Shown here piece after piece: positions 13,717-27,300 of a stretch of DNA of 64,000 nucleotides. Position 1 is the first letter of the stretch. Every line of letters begins with the position of its first letter. Made by a program: the position numbers and the translations under genes. Below the pieces are notes generated by a model. That model had not been told where the DNA came from and did not search any database. It saw only the letters and a program-made list of their open reading frames with translations. The DNA lies in contig NW_026889779.1 of assembly GCF_033153115.1 (NCBI RefSeq), positions 18,166,001 through 18,230,000 on the forward strand, read 5' to 3'. This stretch comes from Saccostrea echinata. Lineage: Eukaryota.

Positions 13717-14420
13717 CGTACGTGTAACGTATGGTAGCACATACATGTACCATATGTTACACGTATGTGAAACATACGTAACACATACGTGTATTCCAAC
13801 CGCATGTTACACGTACGTGGTATAACGTATGGATAACATGCGTGTGACAACATACGTTTCACATAACGTACGTGAAACGTGCGGTTGGAATACACGTATG
13901 TGTTATGTACGTTTCACGTACGTGTTACATATGGTATGTGCTACCACGCGTTACACATACGTTTATAAACGCATGGTTTACATGTGTATTGTCAACCACA
14001 CATGTTACATGTACGTGGTATAACGTATGGATTGCGTGTGACAACATACGTTTCACATAACGTACGTGAAACGTGCGGTTGGAATACATGTATGTGTCAC
14101 GTACGTTTCACGTACGTGTTACATATGGTATGTGCTACCACGCGTTACACATATGTTTATAAACGCATGGTTTACATGTGTATTGTCAACCACACGTTAC
14201 ACATACGTTAATGAACATGTGGTTTACATATGTATTGTCAACCATACGTTACACATAGTGATTACGTTAATAAACGCACAGTTTACATGTGTATTATAAA
14301 CCACATATTTCACACACAGGGTTTACATTTATTATCAACCACACGTTATAAATACGTTAATATATGCATGGTTTACATGTATTAAACACCACACATTACA
14401 TGTACATTAATGACAAGTAT
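13717..14420. repeat. Subterminal array: ~194-bp direct duplication, internal inverted copy and ~46-bp degenerate repeats
   Basis: gtgaaacgtgcggttggaatac at ~13872 and ~14066; inverted gtattccaaccgcatg at ~13791. Confidence 0.9.
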
Positions 14421-14817
14421 GAGTGTTATCAGCTATGTTACATGTAGGTTAATAAAAATTGTTCTACATGTGTGTGAAAAGCCGGCTGTGTTTGAGAAGG
14501 CTGTATATTTTCTATATTAATGGTACTTTTACATACATGTATACAATAAATGTAGGTCAACTATAATTAAATTCAATCCTTTTTAATTCGTTTAATTAAT
14601 TAGTAAAATTATTATTTAATTTTTGTCAACAAGTGAAAAAAATCCCTAAAAGTTTTATTGTTGCTGGGACTATATAATATTCTTAAACTGGTGACATTTT
14701 CAAATACTGTAACAGGAACTTTTTGTACAAAAGTACACCTCAGACCAAATACTTTTTTTTTACTTAATAGTTCAGAGTGAATTTGGAGAACTAATCAAGA
14801 TAATGTTTAACAATCAA

Positions 14818-15497
14818 CAGGTCTGACACAATCTCTTGATTAAGCTTTATAGCTTGAAATAGCTATATAGCTTTATTAAGCTATTCAAAATAGCTTGATA
14901 AAGCTATTTATATGCAGGTTTTCACAAAAATGTTATTTGTACAAAATAGACAAAAAGTCGCAAGTATTTGACTATTCATATGTAATATGGGTTATCAAAT
15001 CAACAACCCAAATCAAAGATAGTTCTAACATTGCAGCATTTGAATACTTTTAAGCAAAAGATGAATTTCCATTGTTTGGGTAACTGTACACTACCTTGTA
15101 TGAGTTGAGGCATGATAAGTATGATTGCTTCTCATTGTACTGAATTATTACCAATCAATTATCTTGTTGACCATAATTGGCCTCCTTTAAAATTTCATTG
15201 AAGAGGTAACTGTATCAATTGCTTTATATAGCCCCCAAAACTTTTAGAACTTTGAGTACAAAGTCTCTTATGGAGACGCAATTTGATGAGTGATTTTTAC
15301 ATGCATTATTTTCATAAGAGTTCAAGGTTGAATATCATCACTGCACCAAGGTGCGACTTTTTGTACATACTTGGAAAATAACACATTTGAGAAAAAAGTG
15401 TGATAAAATAGCTAAATCAAGCTATTCTGAATAGCTTAATAAAGCTATATAGCTAAATCAAGCTATATAGCTTAATCAGGAGATTGTGCCGGACCTG
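14818..15497. mobile_element. 680-bp MITE, CAGG...CCTG termini, 5-bp TSD
   Basis: TIR caggtc(t/c)g(a/g)cacaatctc..., AGCT-rich subterminal repeats; TSD ATCAA at 14813-14817 and 15498-15502; second copy at 63522. Confidence 0.92.
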
Positions 15498-16344
15498 ATC
15501 AATAACCTGTAATTCATGAAACAGAGTATTGCGACCAACTTGGTCCAAGTATAAAATCCCTCTTAAAATGGAACCCTAGATCATAAGTTGCGTGGATTTT
15601 AATCATAATACTGTAATATATTTTAAAGATTTAACTTTTTTTTTTCAAAAAAATAATATCATATCATGATCTATGATGATGATTAAAACCCAATCACCTC
15701 TGAAAGCTCACAGGTGTGTGCGTTGTTGACTTGTGCGTGTTTTGCGTCTTTAATGTTCCAATTTATTTCACATTGTTTACCTTACGTCCACTTGCATGTC
15801 TGACATGGAGTAATCAGTTCGCATTGGTGTATAATTTACTCTTAGAGCAGTAAAACATAGTCTACATACAAGTACACCAATCTCGTAATATGTATATCGG
15901 ATATCGGTAGAGGCACATAAAATTGAACTCGATCATCGGTAGATATAATCATTCCGAATTCAGGAGCAAAAGCTGAATTTGAAAAAAAAAAGAAAGAAAA
16001 TCACGATAATTTCACAACAGAACTCAAATGGAATTCACCTAAATAGGTATTACATAATTATACAGTTGGTAGCGTCCGTATAACACTAAATATGTAAAAT
16101 GTACGTTCCGGAATGTTCACCTCCGATTATTATTTACGTTAACGGGTGACGTCACTGGTAAGAAGTCTGACGTCTGCAAGACAGTGTCTGGAGTTAGGCT
16201 AGGAGTAACGGTGAGGAATATACATAACATCAACAGTTATTTATTTACTTTATATTTCAGACTGTGTTGCTTGTAAACTAACGGGTGTGTTTCTTTTATT
16301 TTAGTGTATAACATAATGTACGAAATTATTGACGCAGTCAACTG

Positions 16345-16764
16345 TAGGAGTGAAACGGTTCACCGCGGTATCGATGCACCGCGGTATTTTTTCTCGGTTT
16401 GATACACGGTGCAAAATCTCTAATTTTCGGTTCGGTTCATTTTTCGGTCGGGATCGTTATTCAGTCGGGTTTGGCATAAGGTATAACACGTTACTCAGTA
16501 TAAATAAGTATAGAAAACGTAAATTTTTGATGACTGATAGCTTGTAAGATAATTTTTGACAGTCAAATAATTTTAATCAATTCCTTCTAGTCAATTTGCA
16601 AATAAAATTCGTAAAATAGGTGACTAGATTTAGAAAAAGAAAGCATAAAACAACGTTGAATTTGTTTCCTTCTATCAAAATGTATCGTATCGAAAATAAC
16701 CGAACCGAGACAAAATTATGCAATACGTATCGAACCGTGAAGGAGGTGTACCGTTTCACCCCTA
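16345..16764. mobile_element. hAT-type MITE
   Basis: TIR tagg(a/g)gtgaaacggt; 8-bp TSD GTCAACTG at 16337-16344 and 16765-16772; subterminal accg/cggt motifs. Confidence 0.92.
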
Positions 16765-18291
16765 GTCAACTGTCTTGGTCAGCACCCCAGCCCAGGCGTG
16801 AATCAACACTGGCACATTATATCAAAATTAAGGTGAGGTATAAAACATACTGTTATAAAAAATATTTATTGTAAGATTTTTTTTAGCCTACCAATAAGAT
16901 GCAATAAAGCCCTTGATGGAAAAAGTTCCACCCACCCAATGTATTTCTTTACAAAACATGTAGAGGAAATATAAATTATCTTTTAGGGCAATAAGGGTGT
17001 AACACTTATTTTTCAGATGTCTTTTTCATACAGTCCTTATGAATATAAATAATGTATTTTGAGATTGTGATTTCTTTATGTGATTTTAAATGTACACTCC
17101 AGGATGGTGGCTGAAGCTCATCTCCTATGTAAACACCTAAATGCCAAGTCTGGACTTCAAAAACAGATTCTGAAAGTTTAACCAGCATTATGGTAAAACT
17201 CTTAAAAAAGAAATCAAATTTTCTGATCCCATTGCTTTTAGACTTGCAATTTAATACATATAATATCATGTAATGATGTGCATTACATTTCAATCACAAG
17301 AGGAGAAAATGTTAAATGTTATCAGTAAAATAAGTAATTTTTCATATTGTTTGTTTTGCTTTACAAGTCTGAAATGCAATTTTTTTTAACATATATTTTC
17401 TTTTTTACCCCAAGGACAAAAAGTATACACTTCGAACAGACACAAAAACATATAGGTCCATGCCAAGCTATGAAAGATTTATGCTGAGGGTATGTTCTAT
17501 TATTATATAGAATTTAATTGTCAGACATATGGTTATGTCTAAAATTTTACTGTTGTATTTATATCAGTGATAAGCAATGTTTTGCACCTGAGCTGACTTA
17601 CATGTAATCACAAAAAAATGTTATAACTAATTAGACAAGAAAACATTGATGTAACCATCAATTGTCGCCCGGGAAATAAATAAAGTAAACAATGGAAATG
17701 AGTCTTTATCATCAAACCGCTTCGATATGTGTGAAAAAGGCATGCGTCTAAATGATGGAGACGATAGTCGAGAATATTTTGAAAACTTATAGTCGGATGA
17801 AAATCGAACAAAAACGATACCCTTTTAAACTTTATCAATTCCTCAAGTAAATGTTGGCTGCATAAAATATAATTTGAAACCAGACACATGCATCACCTAT
17901 TTTCAAAAATATCTTTCACTTTAAGAATATAAAACACGAACTGTGTAAAGTACATTTTTACGTTTTTATGCGATATGTAAAATTCGATGTTCTAAAAAAA
18001 GGGACCTGTCGTTTTTCCGATAGTAAATGATAAGCAACTTTATATATTAAATATGAAAAACATATATATTTTTACAGATTCACTTTATGGAAGTAAATAT
18101 ATTGTGTATCTCGTAATTTATAAAGGGAAAGAACATTCTGATTAACAATCTTTTTAGTGTTTAGAAAACCTTTAATTCTGAATAACTTCTCCCACCTCAA
18201 TCCCAATATACCAACACTTAAACTTATATGTATAGAGCAGCCCGGTCCTCCGGGCTGCAATAACCTTAGTCAGTCATGACCTATTGCTATC

Positions 18292-18292
<1 letters not shown>

Positions 18293-18332
<40 letters not shown>

Positions 18333-18453
18333 GCTGATCACATTTTGTCTGTAGTCTGTCTGTCTGTCTAGCTGTCCGTCTGTCTGTAAACTTTCACATT
18401 TTCGACTTCTTCTCCAGAACCACTGGCCTATTTCAACCAAACTTGCCACAAAC

Positions 18454-18504
<51 letters not shown>

Positions 18505-19460
18505 CAATATATGGGAGATAATTAAGAAATAGTGAAAATTAAGTGGGATGTTTTAAAAATTTTCTTCTCAAGAACCACTGGGCCAAAAAAGTTGAAACTT
18601 ATAGGAAACCTTGTATGTCAAAGTGTAAATTCAAATTTGTTTAAATCATGAGCCCTGGGTTTGGTTGGGGCCACAATGGGGGATCAAAGTTTTACATAGG
18701 AATATATAAGAAAAAATCTTAAAAAATCTTCTTCTCAAGAACAGCAAAGCCTTGTTTAGTCATATTGATAAGGAAGCATCATCAAGTAGTGTAGATTCAA
18801 GTTTGTTCAAATCATGACCCCCCAGGGGTAGGGAGGGGCCACAATGGGGGATCAATATTTTACATAGGAATACATAGGAAAAAAACTTTAAAATTCTTCT
18901 TCTCAAGAATAGCAAAGCCATGAATAGTCATTTTGAAATGGAAGCATCCTCAGGCTGTGTAGATTCAAGTTTGTTTAAATAATGATCCTCTGAGGATAGG
19001 ATTGGACCATAATGGGAGATCAAAGTTTTAAATAGAATATATAGGAAAAAATCTTCTTCTAAAGAACAGAAAAGCCATGATTAATCATGTTTATATGAAA
19101 GCATCATCAGGTAGTGTAGATTCAATTTTGTTCAAATCATGAACTCTGGGGTAGGGAGAGGCCACAATTGGGGATCAAGTTTTTACAAAGGCATATGTAG
19201 GGAAAAATCTTTAAAAAATTTCTGCTCAAGAACAACAAAACCATATGTTATTTTAATATTTCTTATGGCCTGCGGGTGTGTCATCACCTTGACCCAAGGT
19301 CATTTGGGCAAGTTCAAGGTCACTGACAGAAAAAGTTCATAATTCGTGTTCGGTCTGTATCTTTCCTATGGAGGATAATTTTGGATGTTGGGAGTATCCA
19401 CTTCACACAAAGATTGTTTATGACCTGAGGGTGTGTCATGATCCTGACCTATAGTCACAT
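18293..19460 (+). mobile_element. Helentron/HINE-like non-autonomous element with ~166-bp satellite array (Cg170-like), 3' end degenerate
   Basis: Start ttttagctcacctgagctgaaagctcaagtgagc hairpin, (tctg)n microsatellite, then ~5 units of caagtttgttcaaatcatg...ggggccacaatggggg. Confidence 0.88.
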
Positions 19461-21603
19461 ACTGCAGAAAAAATGGATAAATAATGCATCCATACTTTCC
19501 AACAGAGAAATACTTCAAAAATTGTTATTAATTTTTCAATGTAATAAAAAACAATATTATTATTAGTATTGCTGTTTTACTAGGCTATGCCAAAGTTTCA
19601 TTCATTAAAAAAATATAATGAGCAATTACTGGTAAATTTTCTCTCTAAATGTATAAACAATTTTTGAACACCTTTTAGATCCTAAAATACTAGTATTAGT
19701 GACTTGGCATCTTCTCTGAAAAACCCAGTGGGGGCTATTTGTCCATATTGGACAGTTCTAGTTTAGTTCTAAAGGAAGTCAACCAGGAGTTATATGTAGA
19801 AAATAATAATGTTCTGAAAAAAAAACTATGTGTTTTTCCATATGCAAATTCATTTAATATTTTCTTTTTCTTTACAGATGAAAGGGAATTGCAGAAGAAT
19901 GAATTGATGTTAACATCTCAACATTAAAATTGGCTTAAATTTGAATATGTCTTTTGTTGTGATTGCCTAAAGAGCAATTAGGATCAGGAAATTTGAGGTG
20001 AAGGATATATCCAGATATGTACCTTCAAAATGTGGATCATTCAACAGATGAAAAGAAAATAAGTCCCTGAAGAAAATTATGTCAAATGCATGAAATGAAT
20101 ATTTTAATTGCACATCATTTTTGTTTCATGCATGTTTACAATATATATGTGAAAAAGAATGTTCGGTGGTCAAAACATATGTTTAACCATGGTTTGGCAC
20201 ATGTATGGTACTTATACATTTATCATATGAGCAGTGCATTTAACAAACATGTTAAACGCATGTTTCTAAAAACATACGTTACACACACGTTGAATGTACG
20301 TTATTCATACGTGAACCGTATGAATAACGTACGTGTGTAATGTATGGTAGTCAATACGTATGTTTAACGTACGTGTCACGCATGATATTCATACGTGTGA
20401 AAACGTATGTTTAAAGTACGTGGTGCTTTTTTCATGTGATACGTACGTGAAGTCACGTATGTATCACATACGTTTAACGTATGTGATACGTACGTGGCAC
20501 ATTTTGCTGTGTAACCTTCTTTGTTAAAATTTTGAACTTTTCAAACGTCGATTATGGATTTGCAGCTAACATACCCTAGACCTTCTAAGTGTCTCGTACG
20601 GTTTGAAGAGGCGGATCTTAAAATTAAATGAACAACTGCTCTCACCCCAATGGCCGGACCGTCAATATATTATACTGATACATCTATATCTGTTTCGACT
20701 TTTGTCCGAATATTTTAATTAGATATATGCAATACTTTATAAAATATTAAAATAAACACAACCTTAGGTTTCGTCTAGCACCGCACTACAAGAATGACCC
20801 ACGTCATCAGGCGTTTCTCTGGGACACTAATTTTGACTGATGATACTTAAGATTTACAAAAAAAGGAAGGGTTTTAGAAAAAAAAAAATTAGGACAAAGT
20901 TCAAATTATTTAATATTACAACTTAAAACAAGACGGTCTACAGCAAAATGGCAGGAAAGATTACTTAAAAAGCACGTGAGAGGTTAAAAAGATGTGCAGA
21001 TGAACTGAAAAAGAGTGCCAAAAAGTAACGTCATAACGACGTCGGTAACATCTTGCCGTTGCGGCGAGAGACGAACGTTGTGTTTATCTTCATATTTTAA
21101 AAAGAAATTTATGCAATTAAATGAAATCTTAAGGCAAAAATCAATATATATAGGGGTATTAGTATGTCAAATTTTGTTGAAAACACTTGATTATGAAAGA
21201 TTTTATAGCAATTGTGACATTACTGTTGGATCAACCCTCGTACATCAATTCAAATCAAGTCCAAATGTATAACATGTACATATATTACTATATTTCCCTA
21301 AGGAGGAGGGTTAATTTATTGCATCATTTACATTTTTTGGGGGGTTGACATGTAATAATTTCACGTTACAATTTTTTTTCAAGTAATTCACAGTGAAAAG
21401 GTGAGATATTTGGTACATGTAGCATAAAGGTTTTTGTTGCCTAAAATGTTCCAAAAATTTTACTTCGACTAATAAACTCAAATATATATTTTTGAGGCAT
21501 TAATGATGATGTGTTTTTTATCTCACATTTTACCTCTTCAGTTACAAAACATTGTTGATTTATTTACTCTGCTATCTTACAACAGGCTATATATTGGGGG
21601 TAG

Positions 21604-23318
21604 TTTTTAGCCTCACCTGAGCCGAAGGCTAAAGTGAACTTTTCTGATCAAAGAGTGTCCGGCGTCTGTATGTCGTCTGTAAACTTTTCATATTTTCGAT
21701 TTTTTCTCAAGAACCACTGGACCAATTTCAGCCAGACTTGCCACAAAGCATCCTTAGGTGTTGGGGATTAGAGTTTCTTCACGGGAAGTGCCACGCCCTC
21801 TCCAAAGGGGAGATAATTTAGAATTTGGTGGCATCTTTTTAAAATCTTCTTAACGAGAACCACTGGGTAAGAAAAGATGAAACTTAAGTGAAAGCTTCAT
21901 TACATACTCTAGATTCAAATTCGTTTATATCATAACCCCGGGGGTAGGACGGAGCCACAAGAGGGGGTCGAAGTATTACATGTACTTATTTAAGAAATGT
22001 CTTTAAAAATCTTCTCCTCGAGAACAGCAAAGTCATGAATAGTCATATTATAATACAAGTATTCTCAGGTAGTGTAGATTCAAGTCTGTTCCAGTCATGA
22101 ACCCTGGGGGTGGACAGAACCACAACAGGGGATCAAATTTTTCAATAGGAATATATAGGAAACACTTTAAAAATCTTCTTCTCAAGAACAGCTAAGCCAT
22201 TATCAGTCATATTAATAGAGAAATATCCTCAGGTAGTGTAGATTCAAGTTTGTTCAAATCATGACCCCCGGGGGTAGGGAGGGGCCAAAACATGGGTCAA
22301 AGTTTTACATAGGAATTTATAGTTGTATGGTTAAGGGGCATTTGAGTTAAACGCATTGAAGACTTCAAATAGTGGAATAACCTGATAAGTCTTGGAATAG
22401 GCTATAGCCAAACCAAGGGGTATATGAGGCAAAGCCTTTGGGAAATGTTCAGAAGCTAGCTGAAGTAGTTGGATGTTGAATCAGCTGTAAAGAAGTTAAG
22501 GGTAAGGGTAAAATAAAAGTATAGAAGTTATAAGCACCAGTGGCAATTGTCCTAAGGAATTGATGTTAAGTTCTGGGTGTAGTAACTCTGAAGAAGATTG
22601 GGACACCAGGTTCTTATCTATGATGGGAACCTAGGGGAGAAACATGGTGCAAGTAGTACCTCACCCAGTTCTCGTCTCTAGATAAGAGAAAATTGAAGTA
22701 CTGTGTGATATACCCTCAGATAAAGCTGTCTTAATAATCATTCCAATCATTAACTCAGAGTAAAAGGAAAACTTATATATCCCTTGTAAGAACCTGATCA
22801 TACACGTTACATAGGAAATATCTTTAAAATCTTCTTCTCAAGAACAACATAACTATTATTAGTCATATTTACACAGAAGCAATCTTAGGTATTGTAGATT
22901 CAAGTTTGTTCAAATTATGACCTCCAGGGATTTGGGGCACAACAGAGAGTCAAATTTTACATATAGAAATATATAGGAATCATCTAGAAAAAATCTTCTG
23001 CTCAAGAACAGCAAACCATGATTAGTCATATCATTATAGAAACATCCTCAGGTAGTGTAGATTCAAATTTGTTCACATTTAGGGTGGGTAGGGTGGGTTC
23101 ATAATGAGAGATCAGAGTTTTACTTAGCAAAAACATAGGAAAAAAATCTTTAAAATTCTTCTGTTCAAGGACTGCAAAGCCATGATTAGTAATATTGATA
23201 TGGAAGCATCCTGATGTAGTGTAAATTAAAGCCCCCCCCCCCCCCCCCCGTTCAATACTGAACTGAATTCTGCTTCTTCCTAGCCAATGTGCTCAAGTGA
23301 GCCAGTGGGGCTCTTGTT
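21604..23318 (+). mobile_element. Helentron/HINE-like element with ~166-bp satellite array, interrupted by a solo LTR
   Basis: Start tttttagcctcacctgagccgaaggc; same satellite units as 18293 copy; end ctcaagtgagcc...ggctcttgtt; a further partial unit at ~23450-23615. Confidence 0.88.
22324..22811 (+). mobile_element. Probable solo LTR (488 bp)
   Basis: TGTA...TACA ends; 4-bp near-TSD TAGT/TAGG; removal restores the satellite unit; internal AATAAA/AGTAAA. Confidence 0.72.
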
Positions 23319-23772
23319 ATAACATTTTTTGTGAAGGGAAAGAAAATTTCGAGTTTTTTTTTTTTTTTTTCATAGTATGAAAAATGCCACTTTGATTCTG
23401 TTATTAATTTCAGTACATTTATGTTGAAAATGTAATAAATCGAAACCCATCTCAAGAACAGCAGAGCCAAGATTTGTCGTTCGAATATACAAGTATTGCA
23501 GTCTCAAATTTGTTCAAATCATGGTTCCTAAAAGGAGGATGGGGCCACAATAGGAGATACAAAGTTTAACATCAGAACATAAAGGGAAAACTTTTTAAAA
23601 ATCTCAAGAACAGCAGGTTATTATTTGTCAAGATATATTATAATGCATTTGAAGTTTAACTGCCCCTTGTCGGATCCCTTCTTCAAAGAGCAATATTGGG
23701 TATTATAAAAACATTTAGTTATAATAGGGCAATCTTTAAACAAAAATAGTTCATAAGTATTTTTTTCAACAT

Positions 23773-23778
23773 TTTATT
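23773..23778 (-). promoter_or_regulatory. Candidate polyadenylation signal of the TRIM gene
   Basis: AATAAA on the minus strand ~560 bp past the stop, followed by a T/GT-rich tract. Confidence 0.45.
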
Positions 23779-24339
23779 AAGAGCATGCACCTTCACCACT
23801 TCACTCCACGTGTCATTTAGAAATTATTTCCACAAAGATTGTCAAAATCAATATACTTCCAAAGGTCTTTGGTAAGATGCAAATGGTGACTTCACTGGAA
23901 GACCATTATACCATTTTTACAAATACTAGTGACAAATGGTGACATATACCAACTATAGTTTTTCAGTATGATAATATTAATTTATGATAATATAGGCATA
24001 TGAAATCGTCATAAAGGTCTAAATTAAAAACACACATTTTTGAAGTTCTTATTATGAAACTACATGTATTGAGGAGAGCTTTATGTTCCAAACACAATAC
24101 TTTTTTGTCTACCTGGCTACACAATAAAGGGAAAATATATGCGGATTAAGTATTAAACAATCGATCCAAGCAAAATGCGTGTAAATGATTAGGACTTCAT
24201 CATGTTTTTACAATACAAATTACCATCATCTGTTGTTTTTTTTTTAGCATTTGGTTACAGATTGTGACTTGACAGGGAGACCGCTTAGTATGAAATTTTC
24301 ATGTTCAAAATCATTAATGTTATCCATCAAGAGCATCCA

Positions 24340-27300
24340 TTACACTAGAGTTGCAATAGCAGGGACTTTTGCGATTGAACTTCCGGATTTCAGATGCATT
24401 TCCACGTGCGCAGAGTATGGATTGTATGTTCCGAACACTGGCCAGAGAGGTTCCGTAAAGTCCAAGTTCCGGAACGTATAGAGGACTTTTTGACTAGAGC
24501 AATCAATAACCGTCCACTGGCGATTGTCTGTATCTAGCAGAAACCCGTAAGACATCGACATGTTAGTTCCAGCAATATCGGCAGAAATCGGACTGTGCAA
24601 CAAGAGCGTCCTCTTGTGGCGAAACTTGTGACAAAGTTGCTTGTGTTCATTACACCTTTCAGCAGAAAAAGACCAAGCGTACATTTGCGCACCTACATAG
24701 AAACTGTTATGTATGCTTTCCCATCGCCCTATCCCAATCTCAAATATCAGGGCGTTACGAACGAGATTTACGTGGATTCGATAGGAGACATTAACCTCAT
24801 AATAATAACGTCCCGGAGTTCGGAATGGTTTGGTGCCCACCACGCCACAGTATTTCTTCAGTCTCTTCCCTTCAAATGTCTTGTCGTTAGTAACGATGTC
24901 TAAATGGGCGTCTAGTGACAGAGCTTCCGGTCTACCTTGTGCTTTTGCTGTGTCCTGTTTGATGTGTCCGTTTTCATCCCAAGGGAAAGATCGAACTAAA
25001 AATAAAATTGGATTTCGTCGATAATCTTTCCAAAATTGCTTGCAAAAATTCTTAATTGAGATAAATTATTTGAAAGAAATTTCTTCTTATATACCTCTGG
25101 GCTTCTTTAGCCCGCGTATTGTTTTCCGTTTAAGTGTCGTCACGTCTGAGCGAAGAATTCTTCCATCAGGTGCTACTTCACGTTCTGCATGAGCAGTCTC
25201 AATGTCAAAGGTAAAGCCGGGACCTATCAAATAAAAAAAAAATCATTTTTTTGTCCACAGGTTCCGGATAAAACATTTATCATATATTAATTGAATGTCA
25301 AAAAATGATGAGTTCTGTTCTGATAAGAGTTTAATACTTACAAGTTATGTCCCCATATCTTTTGTCAATTTCACCTAAAATGAAGACAGAGATATTTTTG
25401 AAAACATCTTTGTTTCAGAATCGTTAAAATTCAGAAAACAATTGAAGCATCAACTAGTTACAAATTCAGATTGATTTACTACGAAAGTGTTTTGTAAGCG
25501 ACATTCAACACTGCAATCTGTAGAGGGATTGGCCTTTTGATTGTACCTGGAGATCTAGCAGTGAACAGATATCCATCCTCCTTGACCAAGCGATCTAGCA
25601 CTCTGACTAAAGCCCGATGTTGTCCCAGCTGATTAGCTGTGTAGTAAACCCTATAGCATCCATCCACTGTCCTGGCGTCTTCAACTGAAGCTGAGTTCAT
25701 CCGGCCCTTTGGATCTCTGATTTCAACTTGGACACAGTCAAAGGAGTCCTTCTGGGGGATACCCTTACTGTCATACAAGAAGAGCTTCATAACCTCTGCC
25801 TCGTTGTCGACAGGAACATCGAATGCCTCCGCCATCGTTTTGGGAGGATAAATGGCGGTGGATCTGATTTTCCCCATTCCTACTGCAAAAACTTTGAATT
25901 CAGATCCCATATGATTCTTATCAAAAGCTAAGAATGAGTTTTCTAAAGGACAGGATTCAATTTGCTTATCTTTTAACATGGAAAGTCTTGCTGAAATTGT
26001 ATCCGTTAAGATGACGAATTCAGCAGGCATCGCATGAGCCATAATATGGGAGGAAAATTCTTTCCCAGCATTCATCAACACTAAGGTGTACTTCAACCCC
26101 TCTCGTTGTTTCTGTAATATCGCACGTTTATCTTTGCATTTTCCTTTCAAAGTGTCTTTGAGTTCTCGTCGTCTGACTTCCAGCATCTGTATACTCTCGT
26201 CAATTTCTTTGTCGATGTCTTTCGTTATATCCAGGTACTTCTTGTCTAGATTCTTCATTTCCTCCTCTGTGTCAAACATCACGTTCTTCGTGAAGGTGAT
26301 TCGATCTTCCATATCTTTCGTCAGATTGCTAATGATTGCCTTGTGGTCTTCATAAACATCAGCTAGACGTCGAGTGTTATGACCACTTGTTTCATCGTGG
26401 TCTAGGACGGTGCACATCTTGCAGACAGGCTTGTCGCATTCCTTTCTTGTGCAATAATACACAAGCTGCTGTCCCTCGTGTCCAGGCATATCGCACGTCT
26501 GTTGTCGAAGGAAAGGTTCGATGCCTGAATTGGTCAATTGATCGACTGAAGTAATGGTATGGCCGCGGGACATAAAATTCCTTAAGTGAGCTTTTCGACA
26601 TTCAAAACACATAAATGAATAACAATCTTTGCAAAAGAATCCAGCAATTCCGCCATCGGGACAATCTCTACAAGGAATTTTTGTTTTCTTCTTCAGTTGA
26701 ACAAAGTCTCGTAGTGTTCGGCGTGTATTTTCTTTAGGGAAGTTTTTAACGCTGTCATTTGGTAAGGTGTGTTGTGATTTGCAGCTTGGACAATAAATAA
26801 ACCAGTCCCTGACGTGCTTTTCGAGACAACGGTTACAGAACGTGTGTAGACATGGTAACACTCGTGGTGTGTGTTCCTTTTCGTCGTACTCGGACTTGCA
26901 CACTTCACAAGTTAAGAAATCATCTTTAAGGTCGTCAATCCGAAGAGAAGCTCTGGGAAGAATTGGCATATCCTGAATGTCCTATAATGTAACAAGACGG
27001 GGTTTTTTTTCACCATAAGCGTTTACCTTTGACTGCTACTTTTCCCTAACACTTTAAACAATGAAAACGTTTTAATTCTGTTGTCTTCAATTTATCGTCA
27101 CCGTGTTGGAATTATTTTATATAAAAAAATCTTGTGGAAAGGATTGAAATTTTCGGTGATCAAAAACGTCTTTATAATAAACAATCTACATTTGTTATGT
27201 TACTTATGTACATGTACTTGCCTTTACTACTTCTGCTGCTGGAGGTGCGTCACGTGGTGTTTTTCCTTCCATTTGATTGGGCTTCTCTGCTGCCTTCTTT

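Larger units (their letters stand above)
13700..20511. mobile_element. 6.8-kb non-autonomous EnSpm/CACTA (CMC)-like DNA transposon
   Basis: TIR cacagc(t/a)aa(t/a)tgtgccacgtacgt; TA on both flanks; ACGT/ACATGT-rich subterminal repeats at 13700-14470 and 20130-20511; nested elements inside. Confidence 0.82.

Noticed and set aside
13653-14299. Overlapping ORFs rich in V/T/Y/H
   Set aside because: Translations of ACGT-rich subterminal repeats
25479-25546. ORF-track C-terminus TIKRPIPLQIAVLNVAYKTLS
   Set aside because: Intron read-through after the CAG|gtacaa donor; spliced exons continue in frame
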